A stretch of 64,000 nucleotides of DNA, taken from Dehalococcoidia bacterium (GTDB lineage: Bacteria; Chloroflexota; Dehalococcoidia; Lucifugimonadales; UBA3495). Each line of letters starts with the position of its first letter. The stretch's first letter is position 1. Position numbers and translations under genes: made by a program. Positions 50,832 through 60,487 of this stretch are shown piece by piece. The notes below the pieces were generated by a model. That model was not told the DNA's origin and ran no database searches. It saw only the letters and a program-made list of their open reading frames with translations. The stretch is taken from positions 1,556,516 to 1,620,515 of the forward strand of contig OZ244136.1 in the NCBI GenBank assembly GCA_965215975.1, given 5' to 3'.

Positions 50832-51603
50832 AATTCCCCTTTAGGGTTTTCGCCATTGGATTGCTGCCAGATGGTCTTACAAAATCAGATGAGAGGTTGC
50901 AGGTACTGAATTGTGTGGAAAATAAGAGCAGGCCGATGCTCTATTATAGTTCAATTCTTCCCAAAGATTGACGATTTCAGTTTCATGACCCGACAAATGC
51001 GACACTTAAGTAGAGAGGTGGGGGTTTTCTACGGGGGCAAAGAACGGTCTCCTAACTCTCCCAGGTGGTACAATTCAGGAAAGCAAGAATCATTTGGGAA
51101 CGTCATGGCCACAGCAATACGCCGTGGCCCTTTTCTTCTTGCCTCTACTTTCCTTGCAATATCAGAACAGAGGAAAGGCTCGGGTCAGGTAAGTCTTAAA
51201 AGAGCTTCGATTAACCACGTCAGAAGCAAAGATGCAACTGAACCAGCCATCACCAACGTAAGGAACCGGAATGCTCCCTCATAAGTCGTGGAAGTTCCCC
51301 TTGGTCCCTCTGATGGCTCTTCCCTTAGTCCGTGCAATTGGTTGCGTAGCTCTCTGTTAAACAGCCGTGCATACACTATCTCGTTCAGGGGTATTACAAT
51401 CGTGAATTCAAAGGGGTCTTGCCCCCTGTCTTCTGGGAGTTGGTTGTCCGGCAACAATCGCCGGGGTACAGAGTGGCCAACTATTGCCAGCCAGCCCAAC
51501 TTCCACAACCTGGAATTGGTTACCCCAGCAAGATAGGTGGCGGGATTACCGGCCTGCCCAGATGGGGCCCGCATGCCTGGCACGCAGCCAGTGAGGTGAA
51601 TGG

Positions 51604-54030
51604 ATGACAACTCCTGGAACTAATACGGATTGGAAATGGATTGGCAAGCACTTCCCACCCATTGAGGACACGCGATTTGTCCTGGGCAAGGGACGGTATG
51701 TAAATGACATCGTCCTGCCGGGCATGCTTCACATGGCTACCGTCTCGTCTCCCCACGCCCACGCGGTTATTCGCAGCATAGACACTTCAGAGGCGGAGCA
51801 GGCGCCGGGCGTAGTCAAGGTGATTGTGGGCGAGGACTTGTCGGAGTGGATGGAGCCAATACCGCAGAACATGTACCTGCCCAGCGTTGTCTGGTATCCC
51901 CTGGCAGTGGGCAAGGCCCGCTTTGCCGGCGAATGGGTGGCCGTGGTGGTTGCCACCAGCCGCTATCTGGCAGAAGACGCTGCGGAGCTAGTCAAGGTGG
52001 AGTACGAACCCCTGGGAGCGTTGGTCGACCCCGAAGAGGCGATGCTCCCCGACGCGCCAGTGCTGCACGAGGAACACGGCTCCAACATCGCCTTTCAGGC
52101 TTCACTAGACTTCGGCGACGTTGACACTGCCTTCGATGATGCCGCCCACGTTTTCGAGGGGCGGTTCCGCTGGAATCGCCACTCGGGGGTTCCCATGGAG
52201 ACCTTCGGCTGCGTGGCCTCCTGGGACGAAATCGGAGGGATGGTGGATGTCTGGGCATCCCAGCAAAACCCCCAGATCAACGAACAGATCGCCCGCACGA
52301 TGCGTGTGCCCTCCAACCGCGTCCGCGTCCACATGGACGTGGACATCGGTGGCAGCTACGGCAACAAGCGAGGCCGGAAGCAGATTTTCCTTTGCTGCCT
52401 CGCCAGCCGCGCCATAGGGCACCCCGTCAAGTTCATCGAGGACCGCCTGGAGAACATGGCCGCCGGGGACGCGCACGGCCCAGACCGTATATGGACAGTG
52501 CGAGTGGCCAGTGACGACGACGGCAAGATTCAAGGCCTGGACCTGGCGGTAATCGACGATGCCGGCGCCTATGCCGGTCGCGGCGCCATGCAGATAGGCA
52601 AGCCCATAACCGCCCTGGTCGGACCGTACACCATACCGGCCGTACGCTATTCACCCACCTCGGTACTCACCTGCAAGACGAACCAGGCCCCCTACAACGG
52701 GTTCGGCCAGGCACCCACCAACTTTGCCATCGAGCGGGCCGTGGACATGGTGGCCAAGGGACTGAACATAGATCGGGCCGAGGTGCGCCTGCGCAACTTC
52801 ATTCAACCGGACCAGTTCCCCTACGAAATTCCCACCGGTGCCACCTACGACAGCGGCAGTTACCCCACCGTCCTCACCAAGGCCATGAAGATGTCGGGTT
52901 ATTCACAGGTAGCAGATATGAAGGCCGAAGCCTTGGCACGGGGCAAGCTTCTGGGGGTGGGCGTTGCCAGTTGCATCGAACCCAGCGCCGGTGCCGGCAG
53001 CGTCTTTAACCTCTTTAACAACCCGGGAATGATCGGGGGCGGAGATGTGGGCGAGGGAGTCCGCCTCCAGGTAGACGTTAACGGCAACGTAACCGCCGCC
53101 ATCGGCTTCCAGTCCGCCGGACAGGGCCACGAGACCACGGTCACCCAATTGGTATGCGAGTCCCTCCAGGTGGAACCAGGGAAGGTCTCGGTGACCCGCG
53201 CCGACTCGAACGGAGGCGTACCCTCGGTGGCTACCACCGGCAGCCGCATGCACCTTATGATGGGCGCCGCCGTCCTGGGCGCCGCCGCCAAAATCAAGGA
53301 GAAGATGGTAGCCATCGCCTCCCAGGCCCTGGGGGTCGAGCCCAGCCTGCTTGAACTCAAAGATGGTGAGTTTGTCGCCCGGCTTCTTCCCAGTCTGCGC
53401 ATGGGATTCGACCAGGTGGCCCAGATTGCCTACCGGCGGGCCGACCTGCGCCCCTCCAACATGGAGCCCGCCCTGGTGGAGACCTACGTTTACCGCAACC
53501 CCAAGAGCGGCGAACGCGAGGACGGCACCCACGAGGGCGCATTCAAGACCCGGGGCTTCATATCCTTTGCTTTCGCAGCCCACATTCCTATTGTCGAGGT
53601 GGACGCCGAGACCTTTGAAATCGATCTGGTCAACTACTACATCGTCCACGACTGCGGTGTCCAGATGAACCCTCAGATTGTGGAAGGCCTGGTCTTCGGG
53701 GGAACCATGCGAGGCATCGATGCGGCCCTCCTTTCTCAATACGTTTACAGCGAAAACGGCCAGTTGCTCAGTCAAACCTTCATGGACCACTTGCTCTCAA
53801 CGGCCATGGAGGTGCCTCACATTACGGTGGACGATGTTTGCACCCCGGCCCCAGGTCATCCGCTGGGGGCGAAGGGCGCGGGTGAGGGCGGCTACATGAC
53901 CGCCCCGGCCGCCGTTGTCAGCGCCATAGAGGACGCCCTGTCCGGCTACGGTCTGGAGCTGGCCGATATTCCGGTAACACCTACCGGCCTGCACGAACTG
54001 GTGAGCAACCTCTCCGCCAGGCAGGACTAA
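51604..54030 (+). CDS. Xanthine dehydrogenase family molybdopterin-binding subunit
   Basis: SPHAHA, IGGSYG, YNGFG, GQGHET, HDCG, KGAGE. Confidence 0.93.
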   Translation: MTTPGTNTDWKWIGKHFPPIEDTRFVLGKGRYVNDIVLPGMLHMATVSSPHAHAVIRSIDTSEAEQAPGVVKVIVGEDLSEWMEPIPQNMYLPSVVWYPLAVGKARFAGEWVAVVVATSRYLAEDAAELVKVEYEPLGALVDPEEAMLPDAPVLHEEHGSNIAFQASLDFGDVDTAFDDAAHVFEGRFRWNRHSGVPMETFGCVASWDEIGGMVDVWASQQNPQINEQIARTMRVPSNRVRVHMDVDIGGSYGNKRGRKQIFLCCLASRAIGHPVKFIEDRLENMAAGDAHGPDRIWTVRVASDDDGKIQGLDLAVIDDAGAYAGRGAMQIGKPITALVGPYTIPAVRYSPTSVLTCKTNQAPYNGFGQAPTNFAIERAVDMVAKGLNIDRAEVRLRNFIQPDQFPYEIPTGATYDSGSYPTVLTKAMKMSGYSQVADMKAEALARGKLLGVGVASCIEPSAGAGSVFNLFNNPGMIGGGDVGEGVRLQVDVNGNVTAAIGFQSAGQGHETTVTQLVCESLQVEPGKVSVTRADSNGGVPSVATTGSRMHLMMGAAVLGAAAKIKEKMVAIASQALGVEPSLLELKDGEFVARLLPSLRMGFDQVAQIAYRRADLRPSNMEPALVETYVYRNPKSGEREDGTHEGAFKTRGFISFAFAAHIPIVEVDAETFEIDLVNYYIVHDCGVQMNPQIVEGLVFGGTMRGIDAALLSQYVYSENGQLLSQTFMDHLLSTAMEVPHITVDDVCTPAPGHPLGAKGAGEGGYMTAPAAVVSAIEDALSGYGLELADIPVTPTGLHELVSNLSARQD

Positions 54031-54108
54031 CGACGAATTGGCTTGGGCAGGTCGCAGGGACCTTTCAAGCCTTAAGTTCAAACTTTAATCTCAACCATCA
54101 AGCGGAGA

Positions 54109-54615
54109 ATGCTTATGCTGGGCCCATCCGCGGAGCCAACCAGAGCCATAACCGTCAACGTGAACGGCACAACCTACAACGCCGTTATACCGGTACGAAA
54201 GACCCTTCTTGACTTCATCCGCGAAGACCTCATGCTGACCGGCTCCCACGCCGGATGCGAGCACGGGGTGTGCGGCTGCTGCAACGTCCTCCTTGACGGT
54301 GAACTGGTCCGCTCCTGCATAATGCTGGCGGTTCAGGCCAACGGTCATCAGGTGACCACCATTGAGGGATTGGGCACTATGTCCAACATGCACCCCGTGC
54401 AAAGGGCCTTTGCCGAGCATCATGGCCTTCAGTGCGGCTACTGTACTCCTGGTATGATCTTGGCGGCCTCCTACCTGCTGGAACACAACCCGACTCCCAC
54501 CGACCTGGAAATCCGCGAGGCCATCGCCGGCAACCTTTGTCGATGCACCGGCTACATGCAAATTGTAGAGGCAGTAAAGGCCGCTGCCGGGGACACTGAT
54601 AGTGTGGGAGATTGA
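54109..54615 (+). CDS. CoxS-like 2x[2Fe-2S] subunit
   Basis: GCEHGVCGCC, QCGYCTPG, NLCRCTGY. Confidence 0.95.
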   Translation: MLMLGPSAEPTRAITVNVNGTTYNAVIPVRKTLLDFIREDLMLTGSHAGCEHGVCGCCNVLLDGELVRSCIMLAVQANGHQVTTIEGLGTMSNMHPVQRAFAEHHGLQCGYCTPGMILAASYLLEHNPTPTDLEIREAIAGNLCRCTGYMQIVEAVKAAAGDTDSVGD

Positions 54616-54687
54616 ACGGGTGCGAAACCCGGGCCAATACAGCAGTTGCTACTTGATTGAACCCAGATACGCCCACGGGAGGCCTCA

Positions 54688-55569
54688 ATGAAACCCGCTC
54701 CCTTTGAATATTTCGCCCCCGCCGACACGGCTGAAGCCCTTGACCTCCTCCACCAGTGGGGCTACGAGGCCAAGGTACTGTCCGGCGGACAGAGCCTGAT
54801 GCCGATGCTCAATTTCCGGTTGCTCAAGCCGGCTGCACTGATAGACATCAACGCCATCGGAGACTTGTCCTCTATCCAGCTGGACAAGTCCGGTCTGACC
54901 ATTGGTGCGGGCACCCGCCAGAGCAGGGTCCTGGCGTCCTCAGCCGTTGTCGAAGAATGTGGCCTCATTACCGAGGCTCTCGCCTTTGTCAGCCACCCAG
55001 CTATAAGAAACCGCGGCACCATCGGCGGAAGCGTCGCCCATGCGGACCCTTCCGCGGAGCTCGCAGTTGTTGCTGTTGCTACCGAGGCCCAGATGAAGGT
55101 TCAGAGTGTTCGGGGCGAAAGAGTCCTGGCTGCGGAGGACTTCTTTGTAGATGCCCTCGCCACCGCGCTTGAGCCCGACGAACTCCTTACAGAAATTCGA
55201 TTCCCCACATTTTCGGGCCGTACCGGATGGGGGTTTCAGGAAGTCAGCCGACGGCGCGGCGACTTTGCAGTGGTCAACGCCGCCGCGCTGGTAAGCATTG
55301 ACGACGATGGGCTCTGCCAACAGGCGCGGATAGTTGTCGGCGGCGTAAGCGGCACCCCGCTGCGCTTGAAATCCCTGGAGGCCGGCCTCGTTGGCAGCAC
55401 ACTGGACCCCCATATCCTGGCTGACGTTGCCGAACAGGCCAAAGATGGCCTCAGTCCCCAGTCTGATGTCCACGCCTCTGCGGAGTATCGCCGAGACGTG
55501 GCCGCTGTCCTCATTCGTCGCTCCCTGGAGATCGCGGCTGAACGGGCCCGTAATTTTGTTCAGGGCTAA
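54688..55569 (+). CDS. CoxM-like FAD-binding subunit
   Basis: GGQSL, IRNRGTIGGS, RRRGDFA. Confidence 0.95.
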   Translation: MKPAPFEYFAPADTAEALDLLHQWGYEAKVLSGGQSLMPMLNFRLLKPAALIDINAIGDLSSIQLDKSGLTIGAGTRQSRVLASSAVVEECGLITEALAFVSHPAIRNRGTIGGSVAHADPSAELAVVAVATEAQMKVQSVRGERVLAAEDFFVDALATALEPDELLTEIRFPTFSGRTGWGFQEVSRRRGDFAVVNAAALVSIDDDGLCQQARIVVGGVSGTPLRLKSLEAGLVGSTLDPHILADVAEQAKDGLSPQSDVHASAEYRRDVAAVLIRRSLEIAAERARNFVQG

Positions 55570-56087
55570 CCATTAGTCTTGGCGTAAGATGCCTGGCTAC
55601 ACCAGGCAGTCGGTCCCTGGGAACAGACTTCCCCGGGGCCCGGGCAGGCATGACCTTCCAGGCGGATGAGCACCTGCTCCCTTCTAGCGGTTGGGACACA
55701 ACTCCTTCTGGGTGTCCCTAATGCGGGCGCCTGCCTTAGCGCTCCCATATTAGTTTTACTCGGTTCAGGACATGGATCGGATGGCAGTTCCGGGTACAGC
55801 GAATTGATTAGCCTGAGTTTGACAGGACCTGCGACTGATTTCCGATGATTTTCGACAAGGGAAGTACGAAGGGCTTTCCCTGCTGAGCGCGGCCCTTCAT
55901 GCGTTCTTTTCCTGTTCGCTATTCCAGATCTACGCTTGAGGAAGGAGGCTAGCCCGGCTGTGGTTGTACCGTGACTATACCGGTATATACTGTCGGTTAA
56001 AGGAAATCCTTGGACAGGCTTGGGAGGAACGGATAGGTGGGGCGGTGGCCCAGCACCCTGAGCAGTCCTCACGTTGAGGTGAAAAGG

Positions 56088-57551
56088 ATGCCAGCACGTA
56101 CCGGAGCCGAGTATATCAAGGGGTTGCAGGAGCACCCCCGCGAGGTTTGGATTGACGGGGAGCGGGTAAAGGACGTGACCACCCACCCAGCACTGAAGAA
56201 CGGCGTCAAGTCGGTGGCCGCCCTGTACGACATGCAGCACGATCCGGTGCTGCGGGAAGAGATGACCTTCGCCTCACCGTCCACGGGCGACCCGGTGGGG
56301 CTGTCTTACCTGGTTCCCCGGACAATGGAAGACCTGGAACGCCGCCGCCGCATGATGACCCGGTGGGCTTGGGCTTCCTGCGGCATGATGGGGCGATCAC
56401 CGGACTTTCTTAACACCATATTCTCTTCGTGGGCCGGGGCCTCCGGTTATTTCGCCCAGGACCGCCCCGAATTCGAGAAAAACGTCCTGAACTACCACGA
56501 GTTTCTTCGGGAAAACGACGTGGCGCTGACCCACGCCCTGGTCAACCTGCAACGGCGCCGCACTTCCAACCCCACCGACACCCTGAGCGAAGAGGTGGCC
56601 CTCACCCTGGTCAAGGAGACCGACGCGGGGATTGTGGTCAAGGGCAGCCGCGTGCTGGCGACCCTGGGTCCCATCTCGGATGAGATTGCCATCTATCCGG
56701 TGGCGTCCCATCGGCTGGCAGGTGACGACGGCCGCCAGTCCTTCTCATTCTCCATCCCGTGCGATACACCCGGCGTCAAGTTCCTGTGCCGGGAAAGCTT
56801 CGACTTGGGCCGCTCGCACTTCAACCATCCTTTGGGCTCACGCTTTGAGGAAATGGACTCGGTGGTGTTTTTCGACAATGTATTTGTGCCGTGGGAGCGG
56901 GTGTTCCTGCTGGGGAACGTGGAGCTTTGCAACGGCTACGCCCAGGGGACCAATTCCGACGCCCACACCGGCCACCAGGTGCTGACCCGCTGCCTGGTAA
57001 AGGCCGAGTTCATGCTGGGACTGGCTGACTTGATTGTCGATACCCTGGGGTCGGGAACTATTCCCCACGTCCAGGAGCAGGTGGCGGAGCTTATCACCCA
57101 GCGGGACACGCTTTGGGCCTGCCTCAGGGCCGCCGAGGCGGATGCGACGCCCAACCGGTGGGGGGTTATGAGTCCGGCGCTGCCGGCATTACGGGCGGGC
57201 CGGACAATCTTTGGCCGGTCGATCTACCCGCGAATGGTGGAGATCATCCAGCTTCTGGGCACCAGCAGCCTGATGGCCCTGCCCGCCGAGGCCGACTTCG
57301 ATACGGATATCGCAGCCGAGGTTGACCAGTACATGGCCACCGATACGGCCAACGCATGGGACCGGGCCAAGCTGTTTCACCTGGCGTGGGACGCCTCGTG
57401 CAGCGCGTTCAGCGGCCGACAGGTGTTGTACGAGCGCATGTTCGGCGGCAATCCGGTACGCAACTCGCTGGCGCTCTACACCAACTACGACAAGGAACCG
57501 TTCAAGCAAAAGGTGCGCGCCTTTCTGGACCTGGAAGACTCCAAGCTTTAG
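56088..57551 (+). CDS. hpaB: 4-hydroxyphenylacetate 3-monooxygenase oxygenase component family
   Basis: RTGAEY, MGRSPDF, HPLGSRFEEMD, RQVLYE; start set at MPART. Confidence 0.85.
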   Translation: MPARTGAEYIKGLQEHPREVWIDGERVKDVTTHPALKNGVKSVAALYDMQHDPVLREEMTFASPSTGDPVGLSYLVPRTMEDLERRRRMMTRWAWASCGMMGRSPDFLNTIFSSWAGASGYFAQDRPEFEKNVLNYHEFLRENDVALTHALVNLQRRRTSNPTDTLSEEVALTLVKETDAGIVVKGSRVLATLGPISDEIAIYPVASHRLAGDDGRQSFSFSIPCDTPGVKFLCRESFDLGRSHFNHPLGSRFEEMDSVVFFDNVFVPWERVFLLGNVELCNGYAQGTNSDAHTGHQVLTRCLVKAEFMLGLADLIVDTLGSGTIPHVQEQVAELITQRDTLWACLRAAEADATPNRWGVMSPALPALRAGRTIFGRSIYPRMVEIIQLLGTSSLMALPAEADFDTDIAAEVDQYMATDTANAWDRAKLFHLAWDASCSAFSGRQVLYERMFGGNPVRNSLALYTNYDKEPFKQKVRAFLDLEDSKL

Positions 57552-58126
57552 CTGCTTTGCTGACAGAGGTTTCAAGGTTCCAGGAGGATCTCGCCGTAGG
57601 AGGTCTGGTGTGGCCTGGTGAACCGGGATTCGTCTATCTTGAAAGAGGACCAACTCGTCATCTTCGAAGTACACCCCTTTGTACGCCTGTGCAAGCAAGG
57701 AAAAATCCTTTGCGGGTCACGCGGGGAAGCTTGTCCCTGCCGATGTAGTCTTCATCCAAGTCTACACTTCCGTCGCCTAACCGCGCCGCGCCGCGCCTGC
57801 GGTGGTAGGCTGCTGGCGGAGGAGGCTTCAAGCAGGTGTGTGGGGCCACAACGAGTGAGGACTCTGCTGCGATGATGCGGGGGGGGGCGTGGAATCCGGC
57901 ATGAACGTTTTGGACCTGGCCCCTCCTGCGACAATGGCGAAGCGGAGAGCGTCAATTGATGCTACGCTTCTCCGTTTCTCGAAAACCCAACCACCCAGGC
58001 CGGCACCCGGTGACTGACTTTTCCCGTTTGACGCTGTTGTCGGCAAGTGATAGCGTTGGCCCAAATAGTTGGCGTGACTGCGGGCTTATTTGGCCAGCCT
58101 TGCACCGAGTCCCCAAGGAGCGAAGC

Positions 58127-59185
58127 ATGAAATTTGGCCTGATGATGGAATGCGATTACCGGGAAGGCAGAACCCAATCCGACGCCTTCGACGAGGCTTT
58201 CACCACCGCCACCAGCGCGGAGGAATGGGGCTTCGACGGCGTGTGGCTGGCAGAACGCCACTTTGCTCCCCCGGGCAGCGGGCGGGCAATTCCTTCAGTG
58301 GTGGCCTCGCCGCTGATAATCGCCACCGCCATAGCCGCCAGGACCAGCCGCATCCGGGTGGGCACTGCGGTGCTGGTGTTGCCCCTGGGTCACCCGGTAC
58401 GCATGGCCGAGGAGGTGGCTACCCTGGACAACATCAGCCAGGGAAGGCTGGACCTGGGCATCGGCCGCAGCGGGTTTCCCTGGGCCTATGACGGGTATGA
58501 CATTCCCTACTCCGAGAGTCGGGAACGGTTCATGGAGTATTACCAGGTGATGAAGCTGGCCTGGACCGAAGACCGCTTCTCCTACCAGGGCGAACACTAC
58601 AATTTCCAGGACGTTTGTCTGATTCCCAAACCCTACCAGCAGCCACACCCGCCGCTGCGCTACGCCGCATCCACCCGGGAAACCTTCGCAGATATGGGAC
58701 GCCTGGGCATCCCCATATTCGCCGGCTTGGGTGGCTCCGGAGTCTCCGACGTTGCCGAAGCCATCTCCGAGTACCGGGCTGCCTGGAAAGAGGCTGGACA
58801 CCCGGGCGAGGGCGACGTGATACTCCGCGTCGGCGTCTATGTGGCCGAGGACATGGAGCGTGCCGTGACCGAACCCCGCGAGAGCACCATGTCCTTCTAT
58901 GACCGCATCCGCCAGGGCCTGATTCAGACTGCCACCTCCTTCGGGGGCGAACGGAGAGTGCGGCGGGCCGAACAGATGGCCAACATGACCTACGAGGACG
59001 CCCTGGAAGACCGCCTCATCTACGGCACTCCCGACTTCGTGGCCCAGCGACTCGAAGAGTGGCGCGACCTTCTGGGCCTGTCGGGCGTCATCATGGAGCC
59101 AAACGTGGGCGGCACCATATCCCCGGAGTTATTGGATACATCGGCCCGTCTATTCGGGCAGGAAGTAGCTCCCCGTTTCCGGTAG
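58127..59185 (+). CDS. LLM class flavin-dependent oxidoreductase
   Basis: MKFG, AERHF, HPVRMAEE, QQPHPP. Confidence 0.92.
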   Translation: MKFGLMMECDYREGRTQSDAFDEAFTTATSAEEWGFDGVWLAERHFAPPGSGRAIPSVVASPLIIATAIAARTSRIRVGTAVLVLPLGHPVRMAEEVATLDNISQGRLDLGIGRSGFPWAYDGYDIPYSESRERFMEYYQVMKLAWTEDRFSYQGEHYNFQDVCLIPKPYQQPHPPLRYAASTRETFADMGRLGIPIFAGLGGSGVSDVAEAISEYRAAWKEAGHPGEGDVILRVGVYVAEDMERAVTEPRESTMSFYDRIRQGLIQTATSFGGERRVRRAEQMANMTYEDALEDRLIYGTPDFVAQRLEEWRDLLGLSGVIMEPNVGGTISPELLDTSARLFGQEVAPRFR

Positions 59186-59248
59186 ACTGGCCCCCGGCTC
59201 TTGCTGCAGAAGCTCTAATCTCAAATTTACAATAAAGGAGGTAGCACA

Positions 59249-60322
59249 ATGGCAGTACCCGAGAAGGTAAAACCGGAAGATGCCCAAAAGTATTACGACA
59301 CCGCAGACAGCATCGGCCTTAAGCCCGGCTGGATGCAGGGGGAAGGTCAACCCTTGCCCGAAATGGAACCCTTCCTCTGGCGTTGGAACGAGGTGGAGCC
59401 CCTGGTACTCAAGAGCGGCGAGTTGGTCACACCGGACCGGGACGTGGAACGGCGTACCTTGCGCCTGGCCACGCCGGGCCTGGACCGGGGCACTACCCAT
59501 ACCATCACCGCGGCGCTGCAACTGCTCCTGCCCGGAGAGTGCGCCCCGGCGCACCGGCACACGCCCACGGCCATCCGGTGGGTACTGCAGGGACAGGGAG
59601 CTTACACGACTGTCGAGGGTGACAAGTGCTACATGGAGCCGGGCGACCTGGTTCTCACGCCTTCCTGGACCTGGCACGACCACAACAATGAGGGCGATGA
59701 GCCCATGATCTGGCTGGATGGGCTGGACGTCCCCCTGGTCCGGTACCTGCGGGCTAACTTCTACGAGGCGTTCCCCGAAGACCAGCAGCCCATAGTCGGC
59801 GTGGCCGAGTCGGAAAAGCGGTTCGCCTCCGGCGCTATGCGTCCGGCCTGGGAAGATACCAACGTACCCTATTCCCCCCTGTGGCATTACAAGTGGGACA
59901 AGACATATGATGCCCTGCAAAAGTTGGCGGAAATAGACGCCAGCCCCTTTGACGACGTTGCCATGGAGTTCAGCGACCCGGTGACCGGCGGACCGGTGCT
60001 CCGAACCATGACCTGCTGGGCCCAGTTGATTCGTCCCGGCATCTGCACCCGCGCCCACCGCCAGACCAGTTGCGCCGTGTACCAGGTGTACAAAGGCCAG
60101 GGGTACAGCGTGATCGACGGGCAGCGGTTCGACTGGAACGAAGGAGATTTCTTCGTTGTACCGCCCTGGGTCTGGCACGAGCACGCCAATGACTCCACCG
60201 ATGAGGCCATCCTGTTCTCCATCCAGGACATTCCGGTGATGAAGGACATGGCCCTATACCGCGAGGAAGCCTACCCGGAAAACGCCGGCCACCAACCCGT
60301 AACCAGCCAGTTCAAGGGGTAG
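59249..60322 (+). CDS. Gentisate 1,2-dioxygenase-like bicupin
   Basis: ERR, AHRHT, WHDH, WLDGLD, second cupin AHRQ/WHEH. Confidence 0.88.
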   Translation: MAVPEKVKPEDAQKYYDTADSIGLKPGWMQGEGQPLPEMEPFLWRWNEVEPLVLKSGELVTPDRDVERRTLRLATPGLDRGTTHTITAALQLLLPGECAPAHRHTPTAIRWVLQGQGAYTTVEGDKCYMEPGDLVLTPSWTWHDHNNEGDEPMIWLDGLDVPLVRYLRANFYEAFPEDQQPIVGVAESEKRFASGAMRPAWEDTNVPYSPLWHYKWDKTYDALQKLAEIDASPFDDVAMEFSDPVTGGPVLRTMTCWAQLIRPGICTRAHRQTSCAVYQVYKGQGYSVIDGQRFDWNEGDFFVVPPWVWHEHANDSTDEAILFSIQDIPVMKDMALYREEAYPENAGHQPVTSQFKG

Positions 60323-60487
60323 GGACGCCAGGAGACCTCGGGGAGCCACAGTGGCCTGGGCAGTACGCCCGTATACACAAGGCCAGCAGCCTCACTGGGA
60401 GCAGCGTATCCCGGCATCCGGCAAGGGTGAATGACATGGGCCGCACGTACTTAAGTGCGGCCCAAAATTATTGCCAGGGCGGGAAGC

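Noticed and set aside
51185-51187. Second possible Sec TGA
   Set aside because: No redox motif context and no adjacent hairpin
51604-54030. Aerobic CO dehydrogenase CoxL
   Set aside because: Lacks the AYXCSFR and AYXGAGR loops
55570-56030. Gene or RNA in the gaps 55570-56030 and 57555-58120
   Set aside because: No recognisable protein motifs or convincing nested helices by eye
60327-60338. Cobalamin riboswitch-like GCCAGGAGACCT
   Set aside because: Lies right after a stop codon between convergent genes with no upstream B12 core
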